64,000 bases of DNA, taken from positions 31,062,001-31,126,000 of the forward strand of contig CM022671.1 in the NCBI GenBank assembly GCA_012295275.1, written 5' to 3'. The DNA is from Chrysomallon squamiferum. Taxonomy: Eukaryota > Animalia > Mollusca. Every line of letters starts with the position of its first letter. Positions within the stretch are counted from its first letter, which is position 1. Positions 35,588-52,453 of this stretch are shown one piece after another. The notes beneath the pieces were generated by a model. It was not told where the DNA came from. It worked only from the letters and a program-made list of their open reading frames with translations, and searched no databases. Made by a program: the position numbers and the translations under genes.

Positions 35588-36453
35588 TTTAATTTTAATC
35601 GCCATTATAATGATAACTTTTAATAAAAAGAAAAAGAAAGAATCTTCTTTCCTACATATAATCACGGAAACGTGAAGTAACTAGTTGCGGAGCTGTATTT
35701 TGTAGACTTAAACAACAACAAATAATTTGTGTACGAACTTACCAACGGAAGCTTTGCCTCAGATTTAACTTTGTCCCATAAACAAACCGGACGTTTTTCG
35801 ACTTCGGAGATCGGACTGAAAGATTTTCTTCATGACACTTTCTGTTGTGTATCTGAAATGATATGTTTATCGTGTGAATACACGTTTCGTCATTTTATTG
35901 TGATGACGTCAACAATTAAATGACGTTAACTTATTTATTTCCAGCTTCTTGTTTCGATGGACAGTTTATCTGCTTGTATGTACTACTTTTACTACTACTG
36001 CTACTGCTACTATTACTTCCACTCCTACTACTACTACCACTTCTATTGCAACTACTAGTACTAGTACTACTACTAATCTTCTTTCTTCAAATCGTTAAGT
36101 CAATGTGGTTTCTGCATATCGTTTACAAAGCTCAATGCAACGTTATGCTTTTCTGTTTTGGGTGTACCTGTGTGCGTGCGGGTGTGTTTGTCTGAAACCG
36201 CATGAGCGTCAGCACGTTTTTTTGTTTTTTTTTGTTGTAATATATACAAAAACAAAAACAAAAACACTTCATTTTTAAAGAATTAACAATTTCTTAATAT
36301 TACAAATACAATATAAAAACTGAGTCATCAAGCGATCAAAACTTTCCACTATTTAAATTTTCTAGATATTTTAAATTTTTTTTACAACTAAAAACCGGAA
36401 TCGTTTTTTTATTTATTTATTTATTAAATAACACACACGCACACAAATACACA

Positions 36454-36488
<35 letters not shown>

Positions 36489-36658
36489 ATTTTGATTATT
36501 TTCACTGATTTTTGCAATCTGAATTACTTCGTGTAGCTATTATTACAACAGCTTTGTAACGTTTTCATGATTTATTACTATCACATAATGTTCTGGATTT
36601 GTTTTATGTACTGCTGTATCGTAATTGAAAAAAAAACCCAACATTTTTAAAAAAATTA

Positions 36659-36715
<57 letters not shown>

Positions 36716-37784
36716 TTTTAATTTTATTTATTTATTCCCAACTTTGTACGACAAATTTTGATAGCTATAAATACAAAACTCTTAAAAGACTGAGTCGCCA
36801 AGAAACGGGCAAAACGATAATTTAGTTTCATGTTACAAATAATATAAAATAAACGTGGACTTCTTTTTTTTTTCTTCTTCTTCTTTTTTTTTTTTCATGG
36901 ATACATTTTAAAAAAAGAAAGAAAGAAAATTCGACTCACAAAGCAATATGACTGTACTAAAATTGTAATTATTATTTCCTCTATTTATTTACATGTATTT
37001 ATATTGAGGCAATATAATTATCAGTAATGATCAAAGTGTTATAAGACTGAGTCACCATCCAACCCTCTAAAAGGTTTCTCTTTCTGTCACCACTTTTCAC
37101 TTGTACACAAATTACTTCGTCACTGGTGAACATGAAAATGACTTAGTTTTCACTGACGCGTTACAAAACTTTCTATGTATGGGTGGGTCTAGGTGGGCAC
37201 GGATGGGTGGATTCTATGTGTGGAGGGTGGTGCATTACGACTGCATCAATTTGAATGTTTGTAGGTGAATGAGGGTGTGTGTGTAGGTTAAGATCGTGTT
37301 TATGATAGTTATTTTTGTTAGTCCGATGTATATCTATCTATCTATCTATCTCTATATATATATATCTGTACATACATACATACCTACGTACGTACATACA
37401 TATATAATTTATTTGTATTCATTTTATTATCGTTTTGAAAAGAATAATAATAAATAATACATATCTACATTATGGGTGTGTACACTAATTCTTACAAAAA
37501 ACAAACAAAAAAACCCACAAAGATTTGCAATGGGCGTCTTAAAATTTGTGAAAACAATTTCGACTTCAGTAGGAGGGTAAACTGCGTCGGTGACTCGGAG
37601 TAGGGAACGCAGACGTCAGTTGTCAGGCAACACCCGTCGTCGTAGCTGAAGACTGTAACACTTGGAGTGTGCAGAAGTAAACAAAACTTGCAGACGATCG
37701 TCAAATGTCTGACGTAGTTAAGTGTAGACACTTTGTTCTCCAGGGCGTGGTAACAAAATTGAAAGTGTTTGTGTACATAATAAT

Positions 37785-37817
<33 letters not shown>

Positions 37818-37911
37818 AATAATAAGAAGAAGAAGAAGAAGAAGAAGAAGAAAAGAAGAATAGTGTCCCGGGTAGTAGACTGTTTTAGTATTATTATTAT
37901 GTTAGCAGCAT

Positions 37912-37952
<41 letters not shown>

Positions 37953-38852
37953 ACAGTAGTAGTAGTAGTATAAACGTTAAAATTGTCAAATGAATGTAAT
38001 TTGTTCTCTGTTTAGTTTCATATTAGAGATTGTTTTCGGATTTTTTTTTTTTTTTTTTTTTTTCATCTTTTTATTTTATTATTTTTTTTTTCTCGTTATG
38101 TTGTTTCTCATGATTTTTTTTTATTTTTTTGTATACAATAAACCTCGGAAAACAGAGGGAAAGATAAGAAAAAGAAAAGAAGGTCGGTATAATAATAAAA
38201 AGAGAAAAAAAAAACAACAACATACTAAAACAAATTCGTGATTGACCTGGTACCAGACGCGTGTGTGTCACGTGGAACTCTTTGGCGTGAAGAGGTAGAA
38301 AAGAAGAACACGAGTGACCTTGATCGGCGTCACTGTCGAAGATATTCGAAAATCGAGAAAACAGAAACGTGAACAATTGTGAGAAACTACAGAGTGCCCA
38401 TTGATAAGACGTTATCAGCGAATCCGGTGTTGTTTTTAGGGTTCTCAGTGTCGTAAATCCTTGTAATAAAAATATTAAATTTTCACGGTATAACGTTAGG
38501 TAATTTTACAGAGAGGCACGTACAGAGATATTCGTTGCATGTATATAAATCCCCCCAACCGTCCAACGAACTAAATCCCTAGTGTTTACTGTACACGTGA
38601 ACAAAACCTCGACTTCATTTCAGACTTCTTATGTGTATAAATAATAGCATCATGATTTATAATAAATCTGTGAAAGAAAGTTGCATGCAAAAATAAACAG
38701 AATAAAATAAATTAAAATATGAAAATTCTGTCTATGAACTGACACGTCCATGGAAAAATTGACTGATTTCATTTATGTTAAACGATAAAACTGTGTTGTT
38801 CAAGCGAATGAATGTAAAAGTCAAAATTTATGTTTATAGGTGATTGTATATT

Positions 38853-38937
<85 letters not shown>

Positions 38938-39068
38938 CATATATAATTTGTATATATATTCGTTCAGAAAATCATAACATTACGGACCACATCTAAATCT
39001 TGCTAAAATCGGTGGCGCTTTTGTCCTTGTTTGTAATAAGTGGGTTAGCGTTTTATCAGCTGGGTCCC

Positions 39069-39118
<50 letters not shown>

Positions 39119-39776
39119 AACACACAAACAAACACACGTAAGACAAACACGTTTACATGCGCCGTTGAATTGAGCATTAACAAACATAAAAATGAACTGG
39201 CAAGAAAAATCGACAAAAAGATGAAATATTGATAATGTCAGTGTCCTGGACGGATACGTTACGTGTCACGAACCGTTCTTTAATTAAATAAATAACACAA
39301 CAACAAAATCAGCTACGGTAACAACAACACCACCACCACCACCACCACCAACAACAACAACGCAACAGAAATAATAATAATAATAATGTCAACGATGAAC
39401 GTATGACAATGATACACACAATATTGTTAATACGACCACTACTAAATCTAATACTACCACAACCACTGCTACTTACTACCACTACTGCAACTGATGCAGC
39501 TGCGGCAACAATCAGTACTATCGCTATTACGTAGTACTCATAAAAATGGATGTCAGCGTAACCTGAATAATAAATGTTACGAATCAACAAATCTTTCTGT
39601 GTACAACGACCTCAGCAACAAGAAAACCTCATTTATCTGTTGTGGTTACACTGACTGGATACCCTGTTGTACATACAAAGTAAATCTCGAACTGTGTATC
39701 TGAACAGCTACATCGATCACGACAACAACAACGACAACAGCAACATAATAATAATAATCATAATAATAATAATAAC

Positions 39777-39861
<85 letters not shown>

Positions 39862-40007
39862 ATGAGTGAGTAATCAAAAACATTCATTAAATAAAAACAA
39901 TAGCGTTAAACCTTATTCAGTGAATCTCAGGCTACAACTACTGCTACTGCTGCCATCAGCACTACTACTACTACTACTACTACCACTATTATTGCATATA
40001 CATCAGT

Positions 40008-40088
<81 letters not shown>

Positions 40089-40140
40089 GATGGGCATATG
40101 GATGAAAGAGACAGTATTTTGATATAGACAATGAAAACAT

Positions 40141-40171
<31 letters not shown>

Positions 40172-40648
40172 TTTCCACTTAAATTCCTAAACAAAAAATA
40201 CTTTATTAAATAAATACACATAATGGTATGCAGACACATGTTCATAAATAAAAATATATTCATCATGGACATAATGCAGTTTAGCATTATAGTTTAACAT
40301 TGCATGGTATCGGGTTGTGTTGTCCTGCACTGTTGTTGCAGTGTGTTGCTTTGTTATCTGACTGAGCTATTAACAGGTAACACACAATAACCCACACAAT
40401 CACGCGGAGATCGCTGACACGAGGTAAATGTAGATCTGTGAACGTATCCCGTGACCCACATGGTGCGTGACCCCGGCCGTGAGAAAAACGTGACGTGGCA
40501 AGGTTTGTAGTGTCACTGGGAATGTTCCCTGCGTAGTTAGTCGAAGCAACAAACTGTGTCCATCTGTCAATCTATCTATATGTTTATCTATCTATCTATC
40601 TTTCTTTCTCTCTCTCTCTCCCTATATATTTAACTTTTTTAAATATAA

Positions 40649-40735
<87 letters not shown>

Positions 40736-40896
40736 GTACAATCTAGACAGTGTAACAGTGATACCAGTATTTGTTGCTGTAGCAGCAGCTGCATTGTTTG
40801 TTGTTGTAGTAGTAATGGTGGTGATAGTGTTAATACAGAGGTAGTGGTCCATTTAATAATTTTATCTGTATTACTGTCATATATAATTTTCGTTGA

Positions 40897-40947
<51 letters not shown>

Positions 40948-41030
40948 CATCATCATTATTATTATTATTATTATTATTTCTATTGCTTTGTTGTTGTTGG
41001 AGGTGATGGTTGGCGGTCTTACCATAGCTG

Positions 41031-41085
<55 letters not shown>

Positions 41086-42274
41086 TGACTTACATTAAAT
41101 TTAATTATTTATTAATTTATTATTATTAGTTGTAGAAGTAGTTGTAGTTTTAGTATTAATAATAATATTAGTAGAAGTAGTAGTAGTAGTAATAAAGAGA
41201 GGAGCAGTGCTTGTAGTTGTAGCGATGGTTGAAGTAGTAGTTGTTATAGTAGAAGTAACTGTAATACTAATACGATCAAAGGTTATGCAGTACAATCCCA
41301 CTTGATATATCAATAAAAAAAAAATAAAAAAATAAAAATACACTGTGTTATTTTTTATTTTTATTTTATTTAAATTCAAAGATCAACATCAAACGTTCCT
41401 TTATCAGCAGTTCATAATCTGTTGTACACTCGAAACCAGTGCGTAGGTTAACCACAAAGGTTAACAAATAATAGTCGCATTTCAAAGTTCATCGGAGCCA
41501 TTTTTCTCAGCGGATTCGAGTTACGCTTGCCTCTCAAATGCGTGACCGCCTGGAATGTTTTGTTTGCTTATTGTCGTTCGTCGTTATTGCCGAGTCATGT
41601 TCGTGTATCGCCTAGCACGGCTCGGAACCGACTGGTACACGGAAATACGTTCGACTGAGATACAAAGTCCGCAGCGTTTGATTTTGCTGCATTCCTTTCC
41701 CCTTAACGCTGTTGACCAAACCGCTTTCTTTTGTTTGAAGCGAGCGCACGTTTAATGCGAAATTATGTTAATTTATTCAGGGTTTTTAATTGACGTGGAA
41801 TTCAATTGTTGTTAATCTCTCGATTAAATAATAAAGGTGGAGATTTTGCTGGTAGTAGGTATTGCATTCTAATAGATTAAGTTCTCGGTTCATTAAGAAA
41901 AATTGTTTTCAAGCAAGCTAGTAAGTGAGCATATCCCATGATTCTCCACTAGCAGTAAGATTTCTTGTACCAACTCTGCATTAGCAGCAAGATTTCTGTT
42001 ACAGTATACAGCACGTCTTTCTAGTGGAAGACATTTAATCCTTGTTTTTCATTTATTTATTTATTTATTTATTTCCTAGTTATTTATTTCTGTCTGGAAC
42101 GGGAAATAACATTATATCAGTGGTTAAGGATTGAGTTGCGTCAACGCAGTCGCAATGCTCTATGACTAGTTTGTATGTGTTTTGCTGTCAGCGAGAAGGT
42201 GCAAGTAAAAGAACCATTTCTGCTAATTCGAAAAAAAAAAAAAATTGTGTAGTGACAGCCATTTTCCTTTTTTA

Positions 42275-42364
<90 letters not shown>

Positions 42365-42663
42365 TCTCTCTCTCTCTCGTTTTGATTTTTGATTTTAATG
42401 GACGATATCACACAGTTCTGGTGACGGTGATGACGCCGCAGTTTATCTAGGTGTTCGAATGTCAGTAATAAACAGATGATGTAAACAAAGGTGAACTGAT
42501 ACGCATTGTTAATGTAAACTAAGCCACAAGTTTAAGGTTTAGAATGATGTAATTTTCAGCTGACACGAGGCAGTTATTTGATACGTACATACGTACATAG
42601 GTACGTACACACACACACACACACATGCACACACACACACACACACACACACATGTACACACA

Positions 42664-42790
42664 GGCCGGGTGTTATGATCGTCCGTCTCCGTGGCGCGGT
42701 CGAGTCTTGACAGTGGAAATCTGATGTTTGTGATGTCGTGATTGGACCAGTGCGTTCTCCCAAAAATGTTCTAACAAGAGAATATTCATT
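42664..42790 (+). mobile_element. Second copy of the putative SINE
   Basis: atctga..tttgtga..cgtgattggac..gtgcgtt matches 51985-52030; followed by gaatattca and a long (CATA)n tail. Confidence 0.55.
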
Positions 42791-43120
42791 TATACATACA
42801 CACACACATACATACATACATATACATACACACACACACACATACATACATATACATACACACACACATACATACATACATACATACACACACATACATA
42901 CATACATACACACCACATACATACATACATACATACACACATACATACATACATACATACATACATACATACATACATACATACACACATACATACATAC
43001 ACACATAGATACATACATACACACACACATACATACACATACACACATACATATATACACACACACATACATACATATATACATACATACATACATACAC
43101 ACACACATACATACATACAT
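42790..43120. repeat. (CATA)n/(CA)n compound microsatellite
   Basis: Directly visible. Confidence 0.95.
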
Positions 43121-43375
43121 AAAGCCTGTTTTTAACAATATTTATTACTAGCGTTTGACCTGCACTTTTGTTAGATAACTCAGCGCACGTGCAGTTGTTG
43201 CTAGTCATCATGTGATCTGATTTAAACTGTTAAATGCTACTTAGTAACTCGTACAGTATATCTGACGCGTTTAATGCAAAGTCCAAACAGCGGCCTGGCT
43301 TAAAATGTTGACGATAAAATGATAAACATTCTTGAAAACCTCTTTCTGATATATAATGTACGCCGTGACATCTAC

Positions 43376-43441
<66 letters not shown>

Positions 43442-43489
43442 CTCTTTCTATCTATCTATCTAGCTACACACACACAACTACTTTAAATG

Positions 43490-43952
43490 CATGTATGTAT
43501 GTATGTATGTATGTATGTATGTATGTATGTATGTATGTATGTATGTATGTATGTATGTATGTATGTATGTATGTATGTATGTGTATGTATGTATGCATGT
43601 ATGCATGTATGTATGTATGTATGTATGTATGTATGTATGTAGTATGTATGTATGTATGTATGTATGTAGTATGTATGCATGTATGCATGTATGTATGTAT
43701 GTATGTATGTATGTATGTATGTATGTATGTATGTATGTATGTATGTATGTATGTATGTATGTATGTATGTATGTATGTATGTATGCATGTATGCATGTAT
43801 GTATGTATGTATGTATGTAGTATGTATGTATGTATGTATGCATGCATGTATTTATGTATGTATGTAGTATGTATGTATGTATGCATGTATGTATGTATGT
43901 ATGTATGTAGTATGTATGTATGTATGTATGTATGTATGTATGTATGTATGTA
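43490..43952. repeat. (TATG)n microsatellite
   Basis: Directly visible. Confidence 0.97.
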
Positions 43953-45055
43953 CTTGAGTGCATGTAAGTAAGAAATAAACACAACATCGTTACGTTGTCA
44001 TTATTACTCCGTACATTTTAACACTGGTATGAGACAGAAAATGTATTGAAATGAACGAATGAAAGAATGAACGAATACGTGAATGAATGGATGTTAGAAT
44101 AGCATGTACAGCTACGTCACACATTTGTTTTAATTTATCATAGCTGTAAAACCGTTTGAAAGTTGCAGGACGGAAGAAAGAAAGAAAAGAAAGAAAGAAA
44201 AGAAAGAAAGAAAAGAAAATATTATTTAACAACAGTTTTAGATGCCAAACATTTGATTCAACAGATTAAAATGACTGACTGACTGACTGAATGAATGAAT
44301 TATTTTTAATGTTATTTCAAAGCATTGTTTTATTAGCATATATTATAGATAATTGTGATACGATAAAATCTGAGATGGTAACATAATAGTCGCTAGGTGG
44401 CGTTGTAAATCATTACCGCTGTTTTTTTTTTTTTTACCCGTTTGTACCTTGCTTGTATTACGTATGTTTTTGTATATGTATATCTATACTTATCATTAAA
44501 TGCTGTGGTAAATCGCTATTGACATAATTATATGCATACTCACATATTCACGCACATACAAAGACACATTACATTAAAACAAATACACGTAATTATTTGC
44601 CAGTGGTTTATAAGGTATGGCAAGAATGGCACGTGACTCGGAGGGGGGGGGACGCGTCGCTGATCAATTTCTGTTAAACGTGACTCGCATTTTTTTTTTT
44701 TTTTTTTTTTAAAGTTTATTTAACGGCAAAGTTATATGCAAAATGGGAGTCAGAGGTTTGGACAGGGGTGCGATTTCAGTACTCGCCATGGGCGTTGTTT
44801 TCCGTGGATACGCCCCAGTGACTGATTAATTAGCAGATAGAAATACACACATACCGCCGACAGAGAAGTATTCACTCACTCACAAACACAAGTATACAAA
44901 AACACACTGATATACAAACATACATAAACATTCACGTGTTTACATACAAACATACGTACTGTTTACTTATTGTTTGATTACGTGCAAAATCAAGTACGTG
45001 AAATGACAAGAATGTAAAACAAGCAAACTGCAACAACATAAGCAAAATAAAATAA

Positions 45056-45126
<71 letters not shown>

Positions 45127-45141
45127 CCTTTACCGTTTTAC

Positions 45142-45178
<37 letters not shown>

Positions 45179-45784
45179 TTATTTTATTTTATTTTATTTA
45201 ATTATTTCTATCTCATTATTTATTATTCAAGAATTTGTTTTATTCAGAGTAAGGTAAACAAGAAACCGGACTCTGCTTGTTTGTTTGTCAAAACATGTCC
45301 CGGACGCGTACAAACGTACAAGTTCCCGCCTGTTCCCTCATTTATTGGAAATGAATACTTGAAGTATTTGGGTCATTGTAAGCAGACGACACAAATCAAG
45401 ATAGCTTGACACGGAGATGAGATGACCTTGACTTTTTCCGAGAAAACCGGAAAATATTAAAAGTGAACAAGGATTTCTCGGGAACAAATCGATTAGCGAG
45501 AAAACTTTGAGGGGGTATTCAGGGATCGGTTTAAATATCCTTGTTCTAATTTAATGATATTCAAGATAGCTGTTGCTGGGAGGGGGCTCGGGGGGGCGGA
45601 TTATATTACGAGTAAACGGTACCCGTGTCTTTCAGTGCGGGTGCGTTAGCAAGATTACATTTAGAAGGAAAGAAAAATAAATTAAGACAATAAAAATAAA
45701 AAAATAAAAAAATAAAAAAAATAAAAAAAAGTAATTTTCAGCTTATCACGTGTTTCACTTTCGCTACGCGCGCGCTTTTCTGTC

Positions 45785-46900
<1,116 letters not shown>

Positions 46901-46921
46901 AACACTAAACTACACAGACAA

Positions 46922-46998
<77 letters not shown>

Positions 46999-48565
46999 AT
47001 TGTCCGTATTTTCATTCGTGTAACCAATATAATCAATCAGTTGTTCTAGCCACAACTATTATTATTATTATTATTGCTTCTGAGACATCTTTCTAAATAG
47101 ATCTTTCGAAATAACTTTAAGGAATACTTTTAGCCGTCTTCAGTTAATGAATGTGGTCGTACATGTTGTAGCTGTTGGCGTAATGCTCATTCGTTAAACT
47201 TTCACTACAAAAAAAGGAGAATTTATAAATATTTTCTTTTATACTTAAGTTTAAATACTTATTTAGCAAATATACTGTAAGACAATAACAACACCAACAA
47301 CAGCAACAGCAACAGTAACAACAACAACAACAACAGTAATAATAATATAAAAAAAAATAATAATAATAATAATAATGATGATGATGATGATGATGATGAT
47401 ATCAAAAATAAAAATAATAAAAATAACTTCAGCAGAAGCAACAACAACAACAACAACAACAACACTAGCAATTTAAGACAAATTGAAAGAAAGCACGTAG
47501 TTGAAAAGAAAACTGATTTTAATTCTGCGATTCGATCACACGATCTTCCAGTCACCAATAACTGACCAATGCACGTGTCACTGAAGGTCTCAACATGACT
47601 CAGTATTCGGTTAATAAAGTCTCAACGCCCACAAGCCACAAATCTGACCTTCCTTCGTCCACTGTTCCCAAAATAACCTTCTGTGAGTCGAAAATATCAA
47701 TTATTTCAAAATAAACCCAAAAACACTGTAGAATTAGTTTCCAAAATAAAACGCACCGATCCTGTTTTTGTCTGGCGAACGTCACACGCAGAAACACAAA
47801 TTAGAATTTCTTCGGAATCGCTTCGGGGGGGGGGGGGGGGGTGCCGTACAAAAATAATGAACGAAAGAAACAAAATGTATAAATTTTCTCATTTATCTGG
47901 CTAAAGACCTTGTTGACATCATTTATGAGTTATCGATCGAGGTGAACAAACTGTTTCCGGTATTTGTTGATTTCGCTGAGACTGTTGTTGGTAAAATGAT
48001 GATGAGAGGCAAAAACGCGAGTCAGTGGCCGTGGAAGAGATTTCCAAATACATCGATGTTGTCGTCGTATTATTATTATTATTTATTTATTATTATTATT
48101 TGGACAAATTAAGTCTGCTGTTCTTGTAAGGATTAACGAGATAGTTGCAGACAAAGTCTGAGAGAGATGATAAACAAAACAACAACATCTGACAAGATTT
48201 TCTTAAACTTCTTCTTTTTTCTTTTCTTTTTTGTTTTTCAGAATAAATTGGTTTTGTTGTTTCTTTACTTGTAGACAAATCAAATTCATACTTGTTGAGA
48301 TGTGAACCATGTGTGTGTTTGCGTGTTATAAGAACGATTCGATGTGTATGTGTGTGATTGTGAAAGTACGTTTGTGTGTATGGGTATTAGTGTGTATATG
48401 TGTGTTGTGTGTGTCTGTATGTGTGTGTGGGTGTATGTCTGTGAGTTTGTGTTTATATGTTGTTGTGTGAATGTGTAACTATATGGTTTACTATACAGCA
48501 TACTAACAAGTGAGCACATTTCATTTTCTTAGCAGCAGACATTGGCCTTTGATAATTACAGTCAC

Positions 48566-48650
48566 ATAATTATACCTCCAAGTTTCAGATAATTATACCT
48601 CAAAGTTGCAGATAATTATACCTCAAAGTTACAGATAATTATACCTCAGA
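48566..48650. repeat. 23-bp tandem repeat, ~4 copies (ataattatacctcaaagttncag)
   Basis: Units start at 48566, 48589, 48612 and 48635. Confidence 0.9.
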
Positions 48651-48768
48651 GTTCTATTCAATCTGTGTGAAATTTCAGAATCGAAAGGAATTATTAACGA
48701 TAAACATAGAGACACCACACAAATATAATAAATATGTACATACATACATACACACACAGATACATACA

Positions 48769-48802
<34 letters not shown>

Positions 48803-48804
48803 CA

Positions 48805-48838
<34 letters not shown>

Positions 48839-49929
48839 AATAAAATAAAACAAACAAAAAATCACATTTTTGCAAAGATTTGTTTTTCTAATATTACATG
48901 TTTATCATGAATTCAAGTTCTCTCTACTACTTAGTAGAAAAGCTTGTGGATTAACTCAAGAAAGGATTAGTGATGTTTACATTTACGGTAATATTTAAAC
49001 ACAACACACCTCACCCTCCCCTTCCCCTCCCCACAGTTTTGTTTTCTTGTTGTTTCATTTATTTATTTATTTTGCATTACATTCCAGCTGACCTTTGCGT
49101 GTGTAACGCAGAGGAAACAAGTACATAGCTGTTGCGAAATTTATGATTCATTTTTTTCCCAAAGACCAAAACAAAATTGTTCATCTAACCACTCACAAAG
49201 TGATTCACCTAATGAGTGCAGTAGATTTCAGCGACATTTCTCACGGAAAGCCCGCGTCGCGTTAAATGGCTGTCACGTGACCGCGAAGCCAGACGACACG
49301 GCTCTCCCACGCCGCGAGTGATGCATTCCAAACCTCGCTTCTGATAATTTTGCAGGAAATCAATAATGAAGACCACGTGACCCGCGTTTTCAGTCGTTCC
49401 TCCTCTCCGCCTGCCAAACGTCACTCAAAGAAATGCGTGGTGTTTTTTTTTTTTTTTTTTTTTTTTTGGAAAGTAGTTCCTCCAGTATTCGTAATGTACA
49501 GCGAGTAACTGATTGTTGAATAATTCAGTGTTTGTTTAGGATCGCCCAGTCTTTGTTGGAATGGCCTTAGAGATGGTCGTGTTTTTCTGTCAACACGGTT
49601 GCGTAGTAAAAAAACAACCAAAAACAGCCGCAATTGTAGAAGCGCAGTAATAGTGAAAAATAAAAACCAGAGAATAATAAAATTACGTCAGAGGGTTTTG
49701 TTTTGTTTACGTACGTCAATGGTAACGGCGAGATTTATAGTGTAATAACACCGCTAATTAGAAAAGATTAGTAAATTATGTAGCACCTTGGAGGATTTTA
49801 ACAGTAAACGGTAAACACCTTTACAAAGAATGTACACGTATGTTGTAAACACATCTGTATACCACCACTGCTTCTACTACTACAATACCTACTACTGCTT
49901 TTCTGTCACCATTATCATTATTATCATCA

Positions 49930-49978
<49 letters not shown>

Positions 49979-50016
49979 AGTTGTTATTGTTGGTGTTGTT
50001 TGTTATTATAGGTCAT

Positions 50017-50047
<31 letters not shown>

Positions 50048-50324
50048 TTTTGCGTAAATACAATCCGTACGTTAGTGTATTTTTGTTGTTGTTGAAAATT
50101 TTAGTTTCTGTGTTTGTCGTGTGAAGTTTTATCATTCAAAGCATGTGTCTCACATACGGGTTCTTACATAATTATATAACTGTGCATGCGTTGGACATAA
50201 ATATCGCACGTTCTCTGTATGTATAATATACATGTTACACATGCACACTGTTGTAATTGTATATGTAACTCTTCATATATGTCCTCACATTCACATACCT
50301 CAAACAGACACCAACATTATAAAT

Positions 50325-50363
<39 letters not shown>

Positions 50364-50570
50364 CTGTGTATATATATATATGTACGTGTGTATAAATGTA
50401 CATATACTAAAACCTTTAGTGATTTTTTGTACAATATTAACAATAAAATAAATAAGTAAGTAAATAAAGAATTAATGATAAGAACATCAATAATAAATCA
50501 TTAAATGAACAAACAAGCAAATAAATAAAATAAATAAATAAATAAATAAACAAACAAGCAAACAAGCAAA

Positions 50571-50601
<31 letters not shown>

Positions 50602-51094
50602 ACAAACAAGCAAACAAGCAAATAAATAAATAAATAAATAACTTTGTTTTTTAGTTACTGACCCTCTTCCATTTTAAACAAATGAATTTTTTCTTCTTCT
50701 TTTTATCAAATTTTTTTCTTTCAAGATTTCTTTACAGATAGATCAGTCATGCTACGAAATCAGGCGACGAAAAAATTAATTAATTCGAAAAAAAAAGAAG
50801 AATATAAATATATCTAGATATTTAAAAATACAATATACTATCATTCAGATTCATAACAATTATATTTATACACTATTGGACAGGCAAAATGTCAATGGAA
50901 GAAACAAATTCAGAGTTATTTCCCTTGCTTTAGTTCACACCGGAGCTGCATTGCCTCTGCGATCCATCTTACTTGAGAGTCGTAACAATACGCGCATGCG
51001 CACATTCATGCATCCTCAGAGAAAAAGAAAAAAGAAAATAAAAGAAACCCAACATGCTGGATAAACAGTCTCTTATTTTTGTCAGTTGACATAT

Positions 51095-51820
51095 AGATGT
51101 GTGTATTATAATTAGAAGATATAGGAGTATGTATTATATGAGAAGATATAGGAGTATGTATTATAATTAGAAGATATAGAATGTATATGAGAAGATATAG
51201 GAGTATGTATTATAATGAGAAGATATAGGAGTATGTATTATAATTAGAAGATATAGGAGTATGTATTATAATGAGAAGATATAGGAGTATGTATTATAAT
51301 TAGAAGATATAGGAGTATGTATTATAATGAGAAGATATAGGAGTATGTATTATAATGAGAAGATATAGGAGTATGTATTATAATTAGAAGATATAGGAGT
51401 ATGTATTATAATGAGAAGAGAAGATACAGAAGGTATGTATTATAATGAGAAGATATAGGTGTGTGTATTATAATGAGAAGATATAGGTGTATGTATTATA
51501 ATCAGAAGATACAGGTGTGTGTATTGTAATAAGAAGATACAGGTGTGTGTATTATAATGAGAAGATATAGGTGTATGTATTATAATCAGAAGATACAGGT
51601 GTGTGTATTGTAATAAGAAGATACAGGTGTGTGTATTATAATGAGAAGACAAGGTGTATGTATTATAATGAGAAGATACAGGTGTGTGTACTATGATGAG
51701 AAGATATAGGTGTATGTACTATGATGAGAATATATAGGTGTATGTATTATAATGAGAAAATACAGGTTTATCTGTTATAATGAGAAGACATAGTAGGTGT
51801 ATGTTGATAATTATAATGAG
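51095..51820. repeat. 28-bp minisatellite, ~24 copies (attataatgagaagatataggagtatgt)
   Basis: Clear periodicity with a gradient of variants. Confidence 0.95.
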
Positions 51821-51914
51821 CGACAAAGAAAACATTGTATTATTATTATACACACACATACATGCATGCACGCACGCACACACACACACACACAGACACA
51901 CAGACACACAGACA

Positions 51915-52110
51915 GAGTTGTATAGTTGTTCGCCTTCGGAGTGCGGGTGAATAGGGTGTCATACGTTCAAGTCTCGTCAGCGGCATCTGACGGGGTTTGT
52001 GAGGACGTGATTGGACTTTGTGCGTTCCCGAATATTGTCTACGTGCAGAGTCTAACCAGACGTAAAAAAGACAACAGAATATTCATACCTAAATAAATAC
52101 ATACACATTC
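51915..52110 (+). mobile_element. Putative tRNA-derived SINE (most complete copy)
   Basis: B-box-like gttcaagtc at 51965-51973; body shared with copies at ~42664-42790 and ~11048-11110; ends gaatattca followed by a CATA-rich tail. Confidence 0.6.
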
Positions 52111-52453
52111 ACATATGCATGCATACAGACATACATATATATTTACCTTCACACAAACGCGCACAATGCAACAAAACAAACTTCCCACCCACTTAGCACA
52201 CACCTGTAAAATATACAATCACTATCTATTAACTTCACATTTCCATTCGGACTGTGACAACAAATGTATTCTAATGAAAACAAACACACGTGCATGCTTT
52301 TCACCAACTGGTCTCGTTTTGTTCGACACGAATGTGTTTTCTTTTGACCCGATTTGTAACCGCGGAACGCTAATGGAATGTATCTACACATTAATCCGCA
52401 TACATTCTAGTGCGAGTGTGTGCGTGTGCTTGTGCTTGTCTGAAATTTTGGGC

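Noticed and set aside
37492-37750. 79-aa minus-strand ORF in a complex CpG-rich island
   Set aside because: No recognisable domain and no convincing splice-site pair.
33000-38000. ATG10 expected downstream of RPS23 by analogy with human synteny
   Set aside because: No HPC catalytic motif or SWLS-x-VGP C-terminal motif found by eye.
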